Both the position numbers and the translations under genes were made by a program. Below, piece after piece: positions 16,841 through 26,269 of a stretch of DNA of 36,561 nucleotides (the first letter of the stretch is position 1; each line of letters opens with the position of its first letter). The DNA lies in contig JBDQPD010000027.1 in NCBI GenBank assembly GCA_040260805.1, positions 1-36,561 of the forward strand, in the 5' to 3' direction. Source of the DNA: Myxococcota bacterium. GTDB taxonomy: Bacteria > Myxococcota > UBA4151. The notes beneath the pieces were generated by a model, which ran no database searches, had not been told where the DNA came from, and saw only the letters and a program-made list of their open reading frames with translations.

Positions 16841-19399
16841 CGCTTAGCCCAATCCCAAACCATAATTTTGATTCTGGTGGCGTCGTGCACGAGCCCTCTG
16901 CCAGCGTTTGAAGACGCAACGGCGCGCTGCGGCGATGGGATCGTCAACAACGCAGAGGTTTGTGATGACGGTGACGAGGACGCGCTGAATAGCTGCACCA
17001 ACACCTGTCAGCTTGCGCGCTGCGGTGATGGACTTCAGCGCACCGATCTAGAGCCTGGCGCCCTTGGCTATGAGGGGTGTGATGACGGAAACATCGAGGA
17101 ACGCGATCAATGCACGAACAGCTGCTTGCTGGCTCGCTGCGGTGACGCAATTGTTCGTCGTGACCTGCCGGAGGGTGACCCTGATTTTGAGCGGTGTGAC
17201 GACGGCAACTCGGTCGACGATGATCTCTGCACTCGGTTGTGCGCGCCGCCGCGCTGCGGCGATGGCATCGTGCACGACGGCGAAGCGTGCGATGACGGCA
17301 ACACCAACCCACGAGACGGCTGCCTAAACGACTGCACCGAGCCGCGCTGCGGTGACGGTATTCGTCAAGTGGGTGAGGCCTGCGATGATGGCAACGATGA
17401 TGAGCATGATGGTTGCCTAAGCGATTGCAGCGAGCCGCGCTGCGGCGACGGTATTCGTCAAGTGGGTGAGGCTTGCGATGATGGCAACGACGATCAACAC
17501 GATGACTGCCTAAGCGATTGCAGCTTGGCGAGCTGCGGTGATGGGTTTCGTCAAGTTGGCGAAGCCTGCGACGACGGGAACCAAGACGGCTCAGACGAAT
17601 GCACCCTTGCCTGCACGCTGGCGCGTTGCGGTGACGGGTCGGTTCGTACGGGCTTAGCTTTGGATCACGAGGATTATGAGGCTTGCGATGACGGCAACGC
17701 GGAACCCATGGATGGATGTTCGATCGAATGTCGAGAAGATGATCATGCGGATGCCTTAGAGCTGGCGACGGCGATGACCTCCAGCGGAGCCACAGGGGCG
17801 ATCCACTCGCGCGCCGATGTCGACGCGTTACGTTGGTCTGCGGAGGTGCCGGGGATGTATGTTTTCACGGTCGAGGCGGTCGCTGGAGGGGCTGGTCAGA
17901 TCGTCCCGATGGCGCCGAGCTTAGTCGATGACCAAGGTCGAACTCTTGAGCAGCTCACGGCCGATCCTGAGTGTCGGTTTGAGGTCACGCTTCGAGCAGG
18001 TGAGTCCGTATTTTTACGCCTTGAGCCGTTGTCCTCAGAGGCTACACAAGGGAGTTACCGGATCAGGGTTCAAACGACTTGCGGTAACGGCGTCGTCGAG
18101 GATCATGAGTCCTGTGATTACGCCGATCCAAGCATCGGTGGCTTTAGCTGCCGTAACGACTGTGAGTGGCGACGCTCGATGCTCAATGGGTGGCAAAATA
18201 CCTGCTATCGGCAAGACGGTGTCGCCTGGTGCACAGGCGATGCGGGGTGGTCTGTTCTTGGACCAGCTGGAGATCATCTCGCCATGTGTCAGGGGTACGG
18301 AAACCAAGGACAAAGCTGCATGCGCCGCCCAGTCCGTATCCCCGGCTTTGATGACGGCATCAAGAGCATGTCCCTCGGCGATTCATTGGTGTGTATGACC
18401 AATGCGCGGGGGTGGCCGATGTGTTTAGGACTGGACACCTTTGCGTCGCAGATTCCAGGTCCTTATGTGCCGTGCCCTGCCAACCCTCTAGCTCGTTGCG
18501 TAGACTCGCCGCGCAGGGTCCAACCACAAACCTTACCTCAAGTGGATGGCGTCGCGGTCGTGTTTCGCTCGATTTTCGCGCTCGTCGAGGGCTCACTCTA
18601 CGGTTGGGGCGATGGGGCGTTCGGCTTACTAGGGCGCAACACACCGCACCAACGACTCAATGACCGATCCTTCACCGAGCCGGTAGAAATCGCTGTCGGG
18701 CCGGCTGAGGATCACGTGCTCTACGTCGAGGGTTCGTCGTCTTATTACACGGCCTGTGCGTTGACCGAAGCTAGGCACTTGTATTGCTGGGGCTTGAATG
18801 AGTCGGGACAGACAGGGCGTGCTCCAGGCAACGAGGTCTTATGCCCTGCAACGCACAGGTACTTAGACGATGCACAATGTGTGCGGACCCCGCAGCGTGT
18901 CCAAGGTCTCGACGGAGTGGTCGATTTTTCGGTCGGTGGAAAGCACGCCTGCGCCCTGGTGGGGAACGGAGCTTTGTATTGCTGGGGAAATCATGAGTTC
19001 GGTCAGCTCGGGGTGCCCCTTGATCGCGTCGAGGCTTGCAACGGGTTGGGTACTTGGGGGTGCAGCAGCTCACCGCTTCGTGTCGATTTGCCCGAGGTGA
19101 TCGACGTCGCTGCCGGGACCTTCCACACCTGCGCCGTCCTCGATGGTGGGCGAGTCATGTGTTGGGGCTCGAGCGCAGGGCACGCGCTGGGGCTGGGGCG
19201 TCAGGACCTGTCCGTTCCGCTGCCCCGGCTCGTCGGTCGCATCAACGATGCACGCGAGATCAGCGCCGGGGCGAACCACACCTGCGCTCGACATCAAGAC
19301 CAGAGCATCTCGTGCTGGGGCATTAATCGTCTGGGCGAGACGGGGACCAGCTCGTTTGATGATGCGGTAGTGTACCCAAGCTCAGTTGAGTTTCGCTAA
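16838..19399 (+). CDS. Surface lipoprotein with myxobacterial Cys-rich repeats (DUF4215-type) and a C-terminal RCC1/BLIP-II-like propeller
   Basis: ILILVASC lipobox, eight CGDG...ExCDDGN...DxC...C repeats plus a later CGNG copy, then RCC1-type repeats (LYCWGLNESGQTG, GGKHACAL, CWGNHEFGQLG, GANHTCA). Start uncertain (track 16775). Confidence 0.9.
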   Translation: MRLAQSQTIILILVASCTSPLPAFEDATARCGDGIVNNAEVCDDGDEDALNSCTNTCQLARCGDGLQRTDLEPGALGYEGCDDGNIEERDQCTNSCLLARCGDAIVRRDLPEGDPDFERCDDGNSVDDDLCTRLCAPPRCGDGIVHDGEACDDGNTNPRDGCLNDCTEPRCGDGIRQVGEACDDGNDDEHDGCLSDCSEPRCGDGIRQVGEACDDGNDDQHDDCLSDCSLASCGDGFRQVGEACDDGNQDGSDECTLACTLARCGDGSVRTGLALDHEDYEACDDGNAEPMDGCSIECREDDHADALELATAMTSSGATGAIHSRADVDALRWSAEVPGMYVFTVEAVAGGAGQIVPMAPSLVDDQGRTLEQLTADPECRFEVTLRAGESVFLRLEPLSSEATQGSYRIRVQTTCGNGVVEDHESCDYADPSIGGFSCRNDCEWRRSMLNGWQNTCYRQDGVAWCTGDAGWSVLGPAGDHLAMCQGYGNQGQSCMRRPVRIPGFDDGIKSMSLGDSLVCMTNARGWPMCLGLDTFASQIPGPYVPCPANPLARCVDSPRRVQPQTLPQVDGVAVVFRSIFALVEGSLYGWGDGAFGLLGRNTPHQRLNDRSFTEPVEIAVGPAEDHVLYVEGSSSYYTACALTEARHLYCWGLNESGQTGRAPGNEVLCPATHRYLDDAQCVRTPQRVQGLDGVVDFSVGGKHACALVGNGALYCWGNHEFGQLGVPLDRVEACNGLGTWGCSSSPLRVDLPEVIDVAAGTFHTCAVLDGGRVMCWGSSAGHALGLGRQDLSVPLPRLVGRINDAREISAGANHTCARHQDQSISCWGINRLGETGTSSFDDAVVYPSSVEFR
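17339..17524 (+). repeat. Two near-identical tandem 93-bp coding repeats
   Basis: GAGCCGCGCTGCGG(T/C)GACGGTATTCGTCAAGTGGGTGAGGC...TGCCTAAGCGATTGCAGC begins at 17339 and again at 17432. Confidence 0.9.
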
Positions 19400-20219
19400 G
19401 GTGTCCGCTCACGGTCAGCTCAACAGTTTGATGCGCTATCCGTTGAAATCAACGGCTGGTTGGTCGGTCGAGGCTGCCGAGCTCAGTCAGCGAGGTTTAC
19501 TCGATGACCGGCGCTGGATGGTCGTTGATGAGGTGGGCGAATTCGTGACGGCGCGTCATCACGGCGCGCTGCTCACCGTTCAGGCTGAGCCTGGGTCCGC
19601 TGGTGAGCTCGTCTTGCGTTGCGCCGGGCTCGCTGATGACGTGACCGCAGCGCCTAGCTTTGAGTCCTCACCGGTCCAAGTCAAGGTGTGGGGCGATCGC
19701 TGCCCGGCGCTCGACATGGGCGACCAAGCGGCACAATGGATCAGCCAAGTCGTGGGTCGATCATGCCGTGTGGTCTATATGCCGGATGAAACCAAGCGTC
19801 CGGTCTCGGGCGCCGCTTCGACGCCTGGCGATATCGTCAGCTTTGCGGATGGTTACCCTGTGCTGTTGACCCTGCAAGAGAGTTTGGATGCTCTTAACGA
19901 AGGGATCGATGAACCGGTCGCTATGGCCTGTTTTCGTCCGAATATAGTGGTTAGTGGGTTGGAAGCCTTTAGCGAGCACTCGTGGTCGAGTGTTCGCATT
20001 GGCGAGCTAGACTTTACCGTCGCAGGGCCTTGCGTGCGCTGCCAAATGACCACCCGTGATCACCGCACCGGAACACGTCGCAGTGACGGGGAGCCGCTCA
20101 AGGCGTTGGCGCAGACTCGGCGCACCGATGATGGGGTGATTTTTGGAATCAATCTGATCCCTCGTGCGACGGGTACGCTCCGATTGGGCGACCGAGTCAT
20201 ACCCACACTGCTGAGCTAG
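19386..20219 (+). CDS. MOSC-domain protein (YcbX/mARC-like)
   Basis: RYPLKS, DRRWMVVD, SFADGYP, FRPNIVV, PCVRC, FGINL. Start could be GTG 19401. Confidence 0.93.
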   Translation: MSFAKVSAHGQLNSLMRYPLKSTAGWSVEAAELSQRGLLDDRRWMVVDEVGEFVTARHHGALLTVQAEPGSAGELVLRCAGLADDVTAAPSFESSPVQVKVWGDRCPALDMGDQAAQWISQVVGRSCRVVYMPDETKRPVSGAASTPGDIVSFADGYPVLLTLQESLDALNEGIDEPVAMACFRPNIVVSGLEAFSEHSWSSVRIGELDFTVAGPCVRCQMTTRDHRTGTRRSDGEPLKALAQTRRTDDGVIFGINLIPRATGTLRLGDRVIPTLLS

Positions 20220-23200
20220 CGCACCAAACGATAGGTTTGGGTGTTTTGATTGGCGAGGTTGAAGATCAGATCATAGCTGTTGTTGGCGACGCGATGGTAG
20301 GCTTGCCAATAGTCGTTACCCTCGACCGACTGATCGACTAAATTCCATCGCTCACCGTCGAGTCGCTCGAGACGCCAGCCATCCGGGCGCGCCAAACCGC
20401 GGATGGTGACCGGCACAAACCCTAAGCCTCCGCTGAGTCGAAACTCAACGGCGGTGGCGCCCGTCGCCGCATCAAGCTCGACGGGTTGATCAGACCGTGT
20501 CGAGCCCACAAGCGCCTGCGCGATGACCTGGTTCTCGGCCGCAAGGTGTTGCAGCATGGCGGTGCTTTGATAGTGCTCGGCTGGCATGGCGCTCAAGTAG
20601 TCGCTGTCACCGTAATAAGCGCTCTTATCAGCCGGTGGGACCACATACTCGATGACGGCGGTCAGCCGACTGCCGGCAGGGATGACACGATGAGCTTCAT
20701 CAAAGGGTATGCCGAGCTCAAAGCCGATTTGTGAGAAGCCTCCGTTGAAGGTGCGGTTGATGTTGATGTGCGGGATGGTCACCACCTGCTGACCGATCGT
20801 CGCTCGGTATGCACGGACAATGAACCCGATGTTCGCAAGTCGCTCCGGGAGATTATCCCCCGTGCGCTGGTTGTCATAAAGCATCACCCAAGGCGCAGCG
20901 CCGTCGATTGGAATTCCTCGCTGGTTCCTGCCCGAATAGCCGGTCGTTCGATGGTCTGGAATCTCGGCATCAAGGATCAGGTTGGCGCCATCACCATAGG
21001 CGTACCGAGTGAACCCATTGTCAGCGTAGCGATCGGCCGCCATCTGGAACATGGCGAAGCGGTTGTACTCGATGTCTTCGAGCACCTCGTAGTCCAAATG
21101 GTAATACGCACGCACCAGGTCATCTGTACGCCCTAGCTGCGTCTTGAGCGTCGCACGAATGGCGCCGTCACGCGTGATCCCGCTGTAGACGACGTTGGTT
21201 AGATTTGGTCCGGTGTATTCGTAATGGGTGCGCAGGCGACCTAAGCGCTGATGGGTCCCTTGGTCATCAAAGTAACGCAAAAAGTCAGCGCCACCGACGT
21301 TGCCGGTCCAACGCCAGCGGGTGCCAGCGTCAACTAAGAAGGGGCGTACATCATCGATCATGGCTCGGCCGAGCGTCAGGTCAGGGTCGTAGGTGATCGA
21401 CTCGCCGTTGGCGCCGATTGAGGATTGGTCCCATTGCTGGTTTTGACCCCAGCCGACCAACGATAATTGGGCGTGCTGAACGGCATACGCTTGACCCCAT
21501 TTCGAGTGGGCAAAGGTCAGCTCATATTCATGGGCGCCGGCTTGGAGCTCGAGCGCGCTGTAGAGATGGTACCACGCCGGACCGTCGTGCCAGTTCTTCG
21601 AGATTTGAACGGGGACACCGACCGGCTCGCCTTGAGGGGTTCGCAGCAGCGGGCTGCCACCCACGATATAAGCCGTCGCGTTGCCCCCGCCATCAAAAGC
21701 GATCGGCACAGAGATCGCGTCTTCGTCGCGGTTGGTGATGATCAACCGATGTCGGTTGTACCAGTTGTGAGCTGCTGGATTGGTCAGGGCATTGCCGCCA
21801 GGAAAGCCAACGCTTCTCAAGTTTCTAAGCTGCACACGGTAGACGCCGCGCTCAGCATCCCAGGTCGCATCGACCAGCTCATGGGCGGGCGACCCATCGC
21901 GTCTTAGCTGGGCGTATTGGACCCCCATGACCGACTCTCGATTTTGCCAGAATCGAAGCTGGGCTGAGCTCGCTGCCGTCGAGGGAAGGGCGACCACAGA
22001 CAGCACCAGCTCTTGCCCTGCCGCGGTCTGCGCAAAGCGATTTTGAAAGCTCAAGCTGCCATCGTCGCTGCGTACGATACTCGCCTCGCCTTGCTGCGCT
22101 TGGACGACAAAGGTCCAGCCTTCGCCCGCCTCATTGCGCACGGTCACCATAGATCCTGGCTCGACCCATTCCACCTCAGGATAGGCTGCTAAGGCATCCC
22201 CCGATAACTGTGTGGTGAGCGTTAGCTCTCGTCCGCCGGCTTGGGTTCGGGTTCGCTGCGTTAAGACCCAATGCCTCGGCATCGCGGCCAGCTGGATGCT
22301 GCCGACCAAATCGTCGCTTGAGTAGGTCACCTCGGGGATCTCGATCCGCTGCATGAACCGACCCATATCAATGAGCTCTGAAGGGTTCGTGTGGGCGCGC
22401 TCACGACCGTAAAAACCTTGAGCTGTATGCCGTGAGTTGCCGTCGATCACCGCATACTCTAGCGCCGCTGCAGGTAGGTTTTCGAGCAGTGAGTTGTCTT
22501 GGGACAAGGCTTCATCGGGGCTGTGTTCTTCGACGATCGGTCCGAGGGTGTCGATACTCGCTCGACCCACATCAAAGGTCAGCCCGTAATAGCCCGTTCG
22601 GACGTGCTGGATGTTGAGGTACTGGCGCCAGCGATGCCAATGATTGGTCGGCCAAAACAAGTACCCGTAATCCCGTGCGCTCAAGAGTGAATCTGCTGGG
22701 ATGACATGACATGCGCTGGCGCCCTCAGCGGAGACTAAATCTGATGGGCAGTCAGCGCAGGTATTATCCAAAGCAAAGGTACCCGCCGAACAGGGCGTAC
22801 ACTCGGTCTGTCCTGCCTCAGAGATCGAGCCGCCCGCGCATGGCACGCAGGTGTGGCCGCCCTCATCAAAGGTGCCTTCAGGGCAGGGGTCGCAGAGCGT
22901 CTCATCACCCGCAGCGTCGTCGCCGGCTTCGTTGGTAAAGCCCGGCGCACAGTCCAGACAAGCGTTGTCCACGACACGCTGATGGTCACCGCAGAGCACG
23001 GGGTCACAAACGGTATCAGGTTCGGTCGCTTGATCGCCGGCCTGATTGCTGGTCCCGACCGGACAAGGCGTGCATTGATGCGCGGTGACCTGTTCATCCG
23101 GACCACAGATCGTTGGGTTGCACATCGTGTTCGGTCCGGATGCGCTGTTTCCTGCCGGGTTGGTCGCTCCTTGCGCACAAGGGGTGCAGCGGTGGTCGAC

Positions 23201-23422
23201 CACGTGTTCGTTGTCGCCGCACAGCAGCGGGCTGCAGACGGTGTCTTCACCTGCGGCTGGATCTCCAGGCTCATTGGTCATGCCGGCAGGGCAGGGTTGG
23301 CAGTTGTTTAAGATGACGTGCTGATTGACTGCGCAGGTCACGTCGTTGGTTTCACTGGTGTCGGGACATCCTGCTAGGAGCGCTATCAACACGAGCCATC
23401 TGGAGTGGGGTCGAATGTCCAT
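20216..23422 (-). CDS. Large lipoprotein with an N-terminal Cys-rich repeat stalk and an approx. 820-aa C-terminal region of unknown function
   Basis: LLAGC lipobox, four 38-aa repeats CxxxxxVxxxxCxxCxxGxxNxxGxxAxxxxTxC, shorter CxPCxxG repeats, then a long aromatic-rich, beta-rich region. Confidence 0.85.
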   Translation of the reverse strand: MDIRPHSRWLVLIALLAGCPDTSETNDVTCAVNQHVILNNCQPCPAGMTNEPGDPAAGEDTVCSPLLCGDNEHVVDHRCTPCAQGATNPAGNSASGPNTMCNPTICGPDEQVTAHQCTPCPVGTSNQAGDQATEPDTVCDPVLCGDHQRVVDNACLDCAPGFTNEAGDDAAGDETLCDPCPEGTFDEGGHTCVPCAGGSISEAGQTECTPCSAGTFALDNTCADCPSDLVSAEGASACHVIPADSLLSARDYGYLFWPTNHWHRWRQYLNIQHVRTGYYGLTFDVGRASIDTLGPIVEEHSPDEALSQDNSLLENLPAAALEYAVIDGNSRHTAQGFYGRERAHTNPSELIDMGRFMQRIEIPEVTYSSDDLVGSIQLAAMPRHWVLTQRTRTQAGGRELTLTTQLSGDALAAYPEVEWVEPGSMVTVRNEAGEGWTFVVQAQQGEASIVRSDDGSLSFQNRFAQTAAGQELVLSVVALPSTAASSAQLRFWQNRESVMGVQYAQLRRDGSPAHELVDATWDAERGVYRVQLRNLRSVGFPGGNALTNPAAHNWYNRHRLIITNRDEDAISVPIAFDGGGNATAYIVGGSPLLRTPQGEPVGVPVQISKNWHDGPAWYHLYSALELQAGAHEYELTFAHSKWGQAYAVQHAQLSLVGWGQNQQWDQSSIGANGESITYDPDLTLGRAMIDDVRPFLVDAGTRWRWTGNVGGADFLRYFDDQGTHQRLGRLRTHYEYTGPNLTNVVYSGITRDGAIRATLKTQLGRTDDLVRAYYHLDYEVLEDIEYNRFAMFQMAADRYADNGFTRYAYGDGANLILDAEIPDHRTTGYSGRNQRGIPIDGAAPWVMLYDNQRTGDNLPERLANIGFIVRAYRATIGQQVVTIPHININRTFNGGFSQIGFELGIPFDEAHRVIPAGSRLTAVIEYVVPPADKSAYYGDSDYLSAMPAEHYQSTAMLQHLAAENQVIAQALVGSTRSDQPVELDAATGATAVEFRLSGGLGFVPVTIRGLARPDGWRLERLDGERWNLVDQSVEGNDYWQAYHRVANNSYDLIFNLANQNTQTYRLVR

Positions 23423-23590
23423 GGGTCCACCTCGGTGCCAAGTGAGGGTTAAAGAGCCACTAATCCCGACTCAAATCAAGGCAACCGACGACATTAGTGT
23501 GTTCTTAGCTAGGGGCTTGCGAAAGATGATCCCAAGCATGAAGCTGCCAAGGCTTGAGAATGAGCGCCAGTAAACGGGAGAGCTGCCGAC

Positions 23591-24793
23591 GTGCATGAAG
23601 CTTATGATGAGGTCGCTCATTGGCTGCTCGAGGCTGGCGATCAACACCCAAGGCTGCGAGACTTGACGCACCGCTTGTGCGTGCGCTGGTGCGAGGCGGG
23701 TTTGCCATTGCACCGAGTCAACCTGGGCGTCTTTGCGCTGCACCCCGAGATGGCCGGCTACGCGGTGATCTGGGAGCCGGGAATGGAGGAAGCGATCGAG
23801 GTCGCTGTTCGCCGGGAAGATACCCAAACACCGACCTACCTCGAGAGCCCAATTCGTTGGTTGGTCGAGCAGGGTGGGGAGGTTCGCTTTGATCTGAACG
23901 ATCCCGACGATGTCACTAGATTTCCGGTTTTAGAGGAGTTTCGAGAGCAAGGGTATACGGACTACTATGGCGTGTGCATACGCTATGGGGGTGAGGGGGT
24001 TGCGGTGCTCAGTCTGTGCACGCGCCATCCCGAGGGTTTGAGCGACGAGCAGGTCGCCGGTGTGCAGCGATCGTTCCTGGCGCTGCGCTTATTGATCAAT
24101 CTGGTCGAAACACGACGCCTAGCTGAAACCGTTATGGAAACTTATCTAGGTCGCCACACGAGCAAAATGGTGCTCGATGGAAAGATTCTGCGCGGAAAAG
24201 GCGAAGAGATTGAAGCGGCGCTGTGGCTCTGTGACCTGCGCGACTTTACCGCCATGACCTCCCAGCTTGATGCCTCGGCAATGATCGAGATGATGAACGA
24301 CTATTTTGATACCATGGCCGAAGCAATTTGGGCTCAAGGTGGAGAGATTCTCAAGTTCATGGGCGATGCGATGTTGGTGGTTTTTCGAATCAGCGAGACC
24401 AAGCCTCCTGCTGACGCAGCCCAGCGTGCGATGATCGCCTCTCTCGACGCTCTATCTAAGCTTGAGAAGCTTTCAAAGACGCGAGTTGATCGTGGATTGA
24501 GCCCGCTTCGAGCGGGTATTGCGGCGCATCTTGGCACCGTTGTTTACGGAAATATCGGCGCATCAAGGCGCCTCGATTTCACGGTGATGGGCAATTCGGT
24601 CAATGTGGTGGCACGTTTGCAGGGTCTAACCAGTAAGACCGGCGAAGCGTTGTTGTTTTCTGCCGATATCGCCGAGCACCTCTTACTGCCGATCGAATCG
24701 ATGGGTGCGCAGTACTTCAAGGGGGTTCCAGAGCCCATTAACGTGTACAAGCTGAGGAGGTCAGCGTCAGCTCAGGATCCAACCGCAGACTGA
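23591..24793 (+). CDS. Class III adenylate/guanylate cyclase with N-terminal GAF-like domain
   Basis: CDLRDFT, ILKFMGDAML, GNIG, DFTVMGNSVNVVARLQ. The Lys and Asp specificity residues suggest ATP as substrate. GGGAG before GTG. Confidence 0.92.
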   Translation: MHEAYDEVAHWLLEAGDQHPRLRDLTHRLCVRWCEAGLPLHRVNLGVFALHPEMAGYAVIWEPGMEEAIEVAVRREDTQTPTYLESPIRWLVEQGGEVRFDLNDPDDVTRFPVLEEFREQGYTDYYGVCIRYGGEGVAVLSLCTRHPEGLSDEQVAGVQRSFLALRLLINLVETRRLAETVMETYLGRHTSKMVLDGKILRGKGEEIEAALWLCDLRDFTAMTSQLDASAMIEMMNDYFDTMAEAIWAQGGEILKFMGDAMLVVFRISETKPPADAAQRAMIASLDALSKLEKLSKTRVDRGLSPLRAGIAAHLGTVVYGNIGASRRLDFTVMGNSVNVVARLQGLTSKTGEALLFSADIAEHLLLPIESMGAQYFKGVPEPINVYKLRRSASAQDPTAD

Positions 24794-25209
24794 GCATTAG
24801 CGCTCAAGTTGTGCAGCAGTTTGAGCGCGTGGTCTGCGTCTGCAGCCGGTACCAAGATGTGGTCGTGGTACGTCCCTGCGATCAGGTTGGCGCTGATCTG
24901 ATGACCGGCAAGCTCAGCGCTGACGGCAGCGGTCAGGCCGACCGAGTTTAGACTCGAGTGAACTCCAAGGGTGATGCACCTGAAAACGCCATCATATGGC
25001 AAATTATAGTGCTCAGCTTGGGAGCGTTCAAGGACCAGTGATAAGCCTTCGGGCTCGGTCATGCAGGCGAGCGGTTGAGCAGCTGCTAACTCGCCATAGA
25101 CAGCCTCAGGGAGTGAGCAAAAGACATACTCTTTCGTATCGGCTGTCGCCTCTAAAGCGCTTAGGATTTGAGCAATTTCGGTGAGTCCGGCTGTCGTGTT
25201 GGTCGTCAT
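24772..25209 (-). CDS. ACT-domain protein (DUF2241-like)
   Basis: EYVFCS, EPEGLSLVL, ITLGVHSSLNSVGLTAAVSAELA, ISANLIAGTYHDHILVP. ATG 25209 overlaps the upstream stop (ATGA). Confidence 0.9.
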   Translation of the reverse strand: MTTNTTAGLTEIAQILSALEATADTKEYVFCSLPEAVYGELAAAQPLACMTEPEGLSLVLERSQAEHYNLPYDGVFRCITLGVHSSLNSVGLTAAVSAELAGHQISANLIAGTYHDHILVPAADADHALKLLHNLSANAQSAVGS

Positions 25210-25598
25210 GAGAACACGGCTCTGGGCTGTCGGCGTAGCATACCGAAAAAGGTCCATGAGGTCAGCGCGCTCATGAACAAACACGGGACGACTATACCCT
25301 CCCAGAGCCATGGCTCCCATGGCGGAACGGTGAGTTTACGGTTTCGACATTGGACGAAGAAAACGGTCCAGATGGCGATGAGCAAGACGATCACTGGGGT
25401 CATGATCAGAATGTGCGCCTGGAGCGCGTACATCATAATTCCAACCTCAGAGTCAGCCAGGGTATCGAGCATCGCATTGATCAGCAGGGGAAGCAGGGGA
25501 ATCATGACCAACACAAACGCGCCGATGGCTAGGTTTCGCGTCAGCCTTCGCCTGAACCCGTAATCAATCGAATGTTGAGTTTGAGCGTTGGTTTCCAT
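25206..25598 (-). CDS. Small membrane protein (three predicted TM segments)
   Basis: Three hydrophobic stretches, GGAGGGG RBS, ATGA coupling to the ACT gene. Confidence 0.7.
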   Translation of the reverse strand: METNAQTQHSIDYGFRRRLTRNLAIGAFVLVMIPLLPLLINAMLDTLADSEVGIMMYALQAHILIMTPVIVLLIAIWTVFFVQCRNRKLTVPPWEPWLWEGIVVPCLFMSALTSWTFFGMLRRQPRAVFS

Positions 25599-25684
25599 CC
25601 CCTCCGCTCTAGCACAGGACTTGTAGGTATGAGCAAGCGCTCGACCTCTGGTGGGGCGACCTGTCTGATGTCCGAATATGGCGA

Positions 25685-26269
25685 TCAGGAGTCACCCCAG
25701 CATCGACGCCAGGCGAAGGCTTGCTGGCGCGCTCGCTCAAGACTCGACTCGCTGATCATCTGAAACATCCATGCGGTTCCACTCGACTGCTTCATGAAGC
25801 CCTGAGGTAGCGGGACGCTCGGGTCGAGCAAGACCTCAAACGTCTTTCGGTCGTAGGCTCCGATTGATTTGGGGTCGAGGTGGGCGCTGAGGATCATCCA
25901 CATGATCCCCTCTTGGGCAACGCTAAGCGAAGTGCGCCAAGGGAACGGGCCATTGTGCATCTCGATGATACCGGCCTGAATCAGATGGCTCGTCAGGTCG
26001 TGGCGTGCTCCAGCATGCCCATGAAGAGCCGCCCTCTTGAGCAAGGGCAAAGCCCGGCGCAGAGCGTCAGTAGGGTGGTGTTCGTGGTCACGGTTAATGA
26101 GCGCACCCACTTGATCGTACAAGCCCTGGCTTTGCTCGGTCGTGAGCACGCGCTCAGGGCATTTTGATTGAACTGATGCGCCTAATATGCGGCCGGCGCA
26201 ACCGTTCAGCGCAGCCGCCGTTAGCATCAGACAAGCGATGGCTCGGACGCCCGAAGACTGAGTTCTCAT
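25685..26269 (-). CDS. Hypothetical lipoprotein with one Sel1-like motif
   Basis: ATG 26269 overlaps the DUF952 stop (ATGA). ALNGC lipobox, ALPLLKRAALHGHAGARHDL. Confidence 0.7.
   Translation of the reverse strand: MRTQSSGVRAIACLMLTAAALNGCAGRILGASVQSKCPERVLTTEQSQGLYDQVGALINRDHEHHPTDALRRALPLLKRAALHGHAGARHDLTSHLIQAGIIEMHNGPFPWRTSLSVAQEGIMWMILSAHLDPKSIGAYDRKTFEVLLDPSVPLPQGFMKQSSGTAWMFQMISESSLERARQQAFAWRRCWGDS

Noticed and set aside
16920..17730. Regularly spaced repeats as a possible CRISPR array
   Set aside because: They are in-frame coding Cys-rich repeats with synonymous variation, no unique spacers and no cas genes.
23426..23442. TTGGCAC upstream of the 1068-aa gene as a sigma-54 site
   Set aside because: No GC at the -12 position, and it is too close to the ATG.
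23560..23598. 12-codon uORF overlapping the cyclase start
   Set aside because: No distinctive codon content. The cyclase GTG has its own GGGAG, so chance occurrence is likely.
25210..25320. N-terminal extension of the ACT-domain ORF
   Set aside because: It overlaps the upstream membrane-protein gene. ATG 25209 fits the family start and ATGA coupling.
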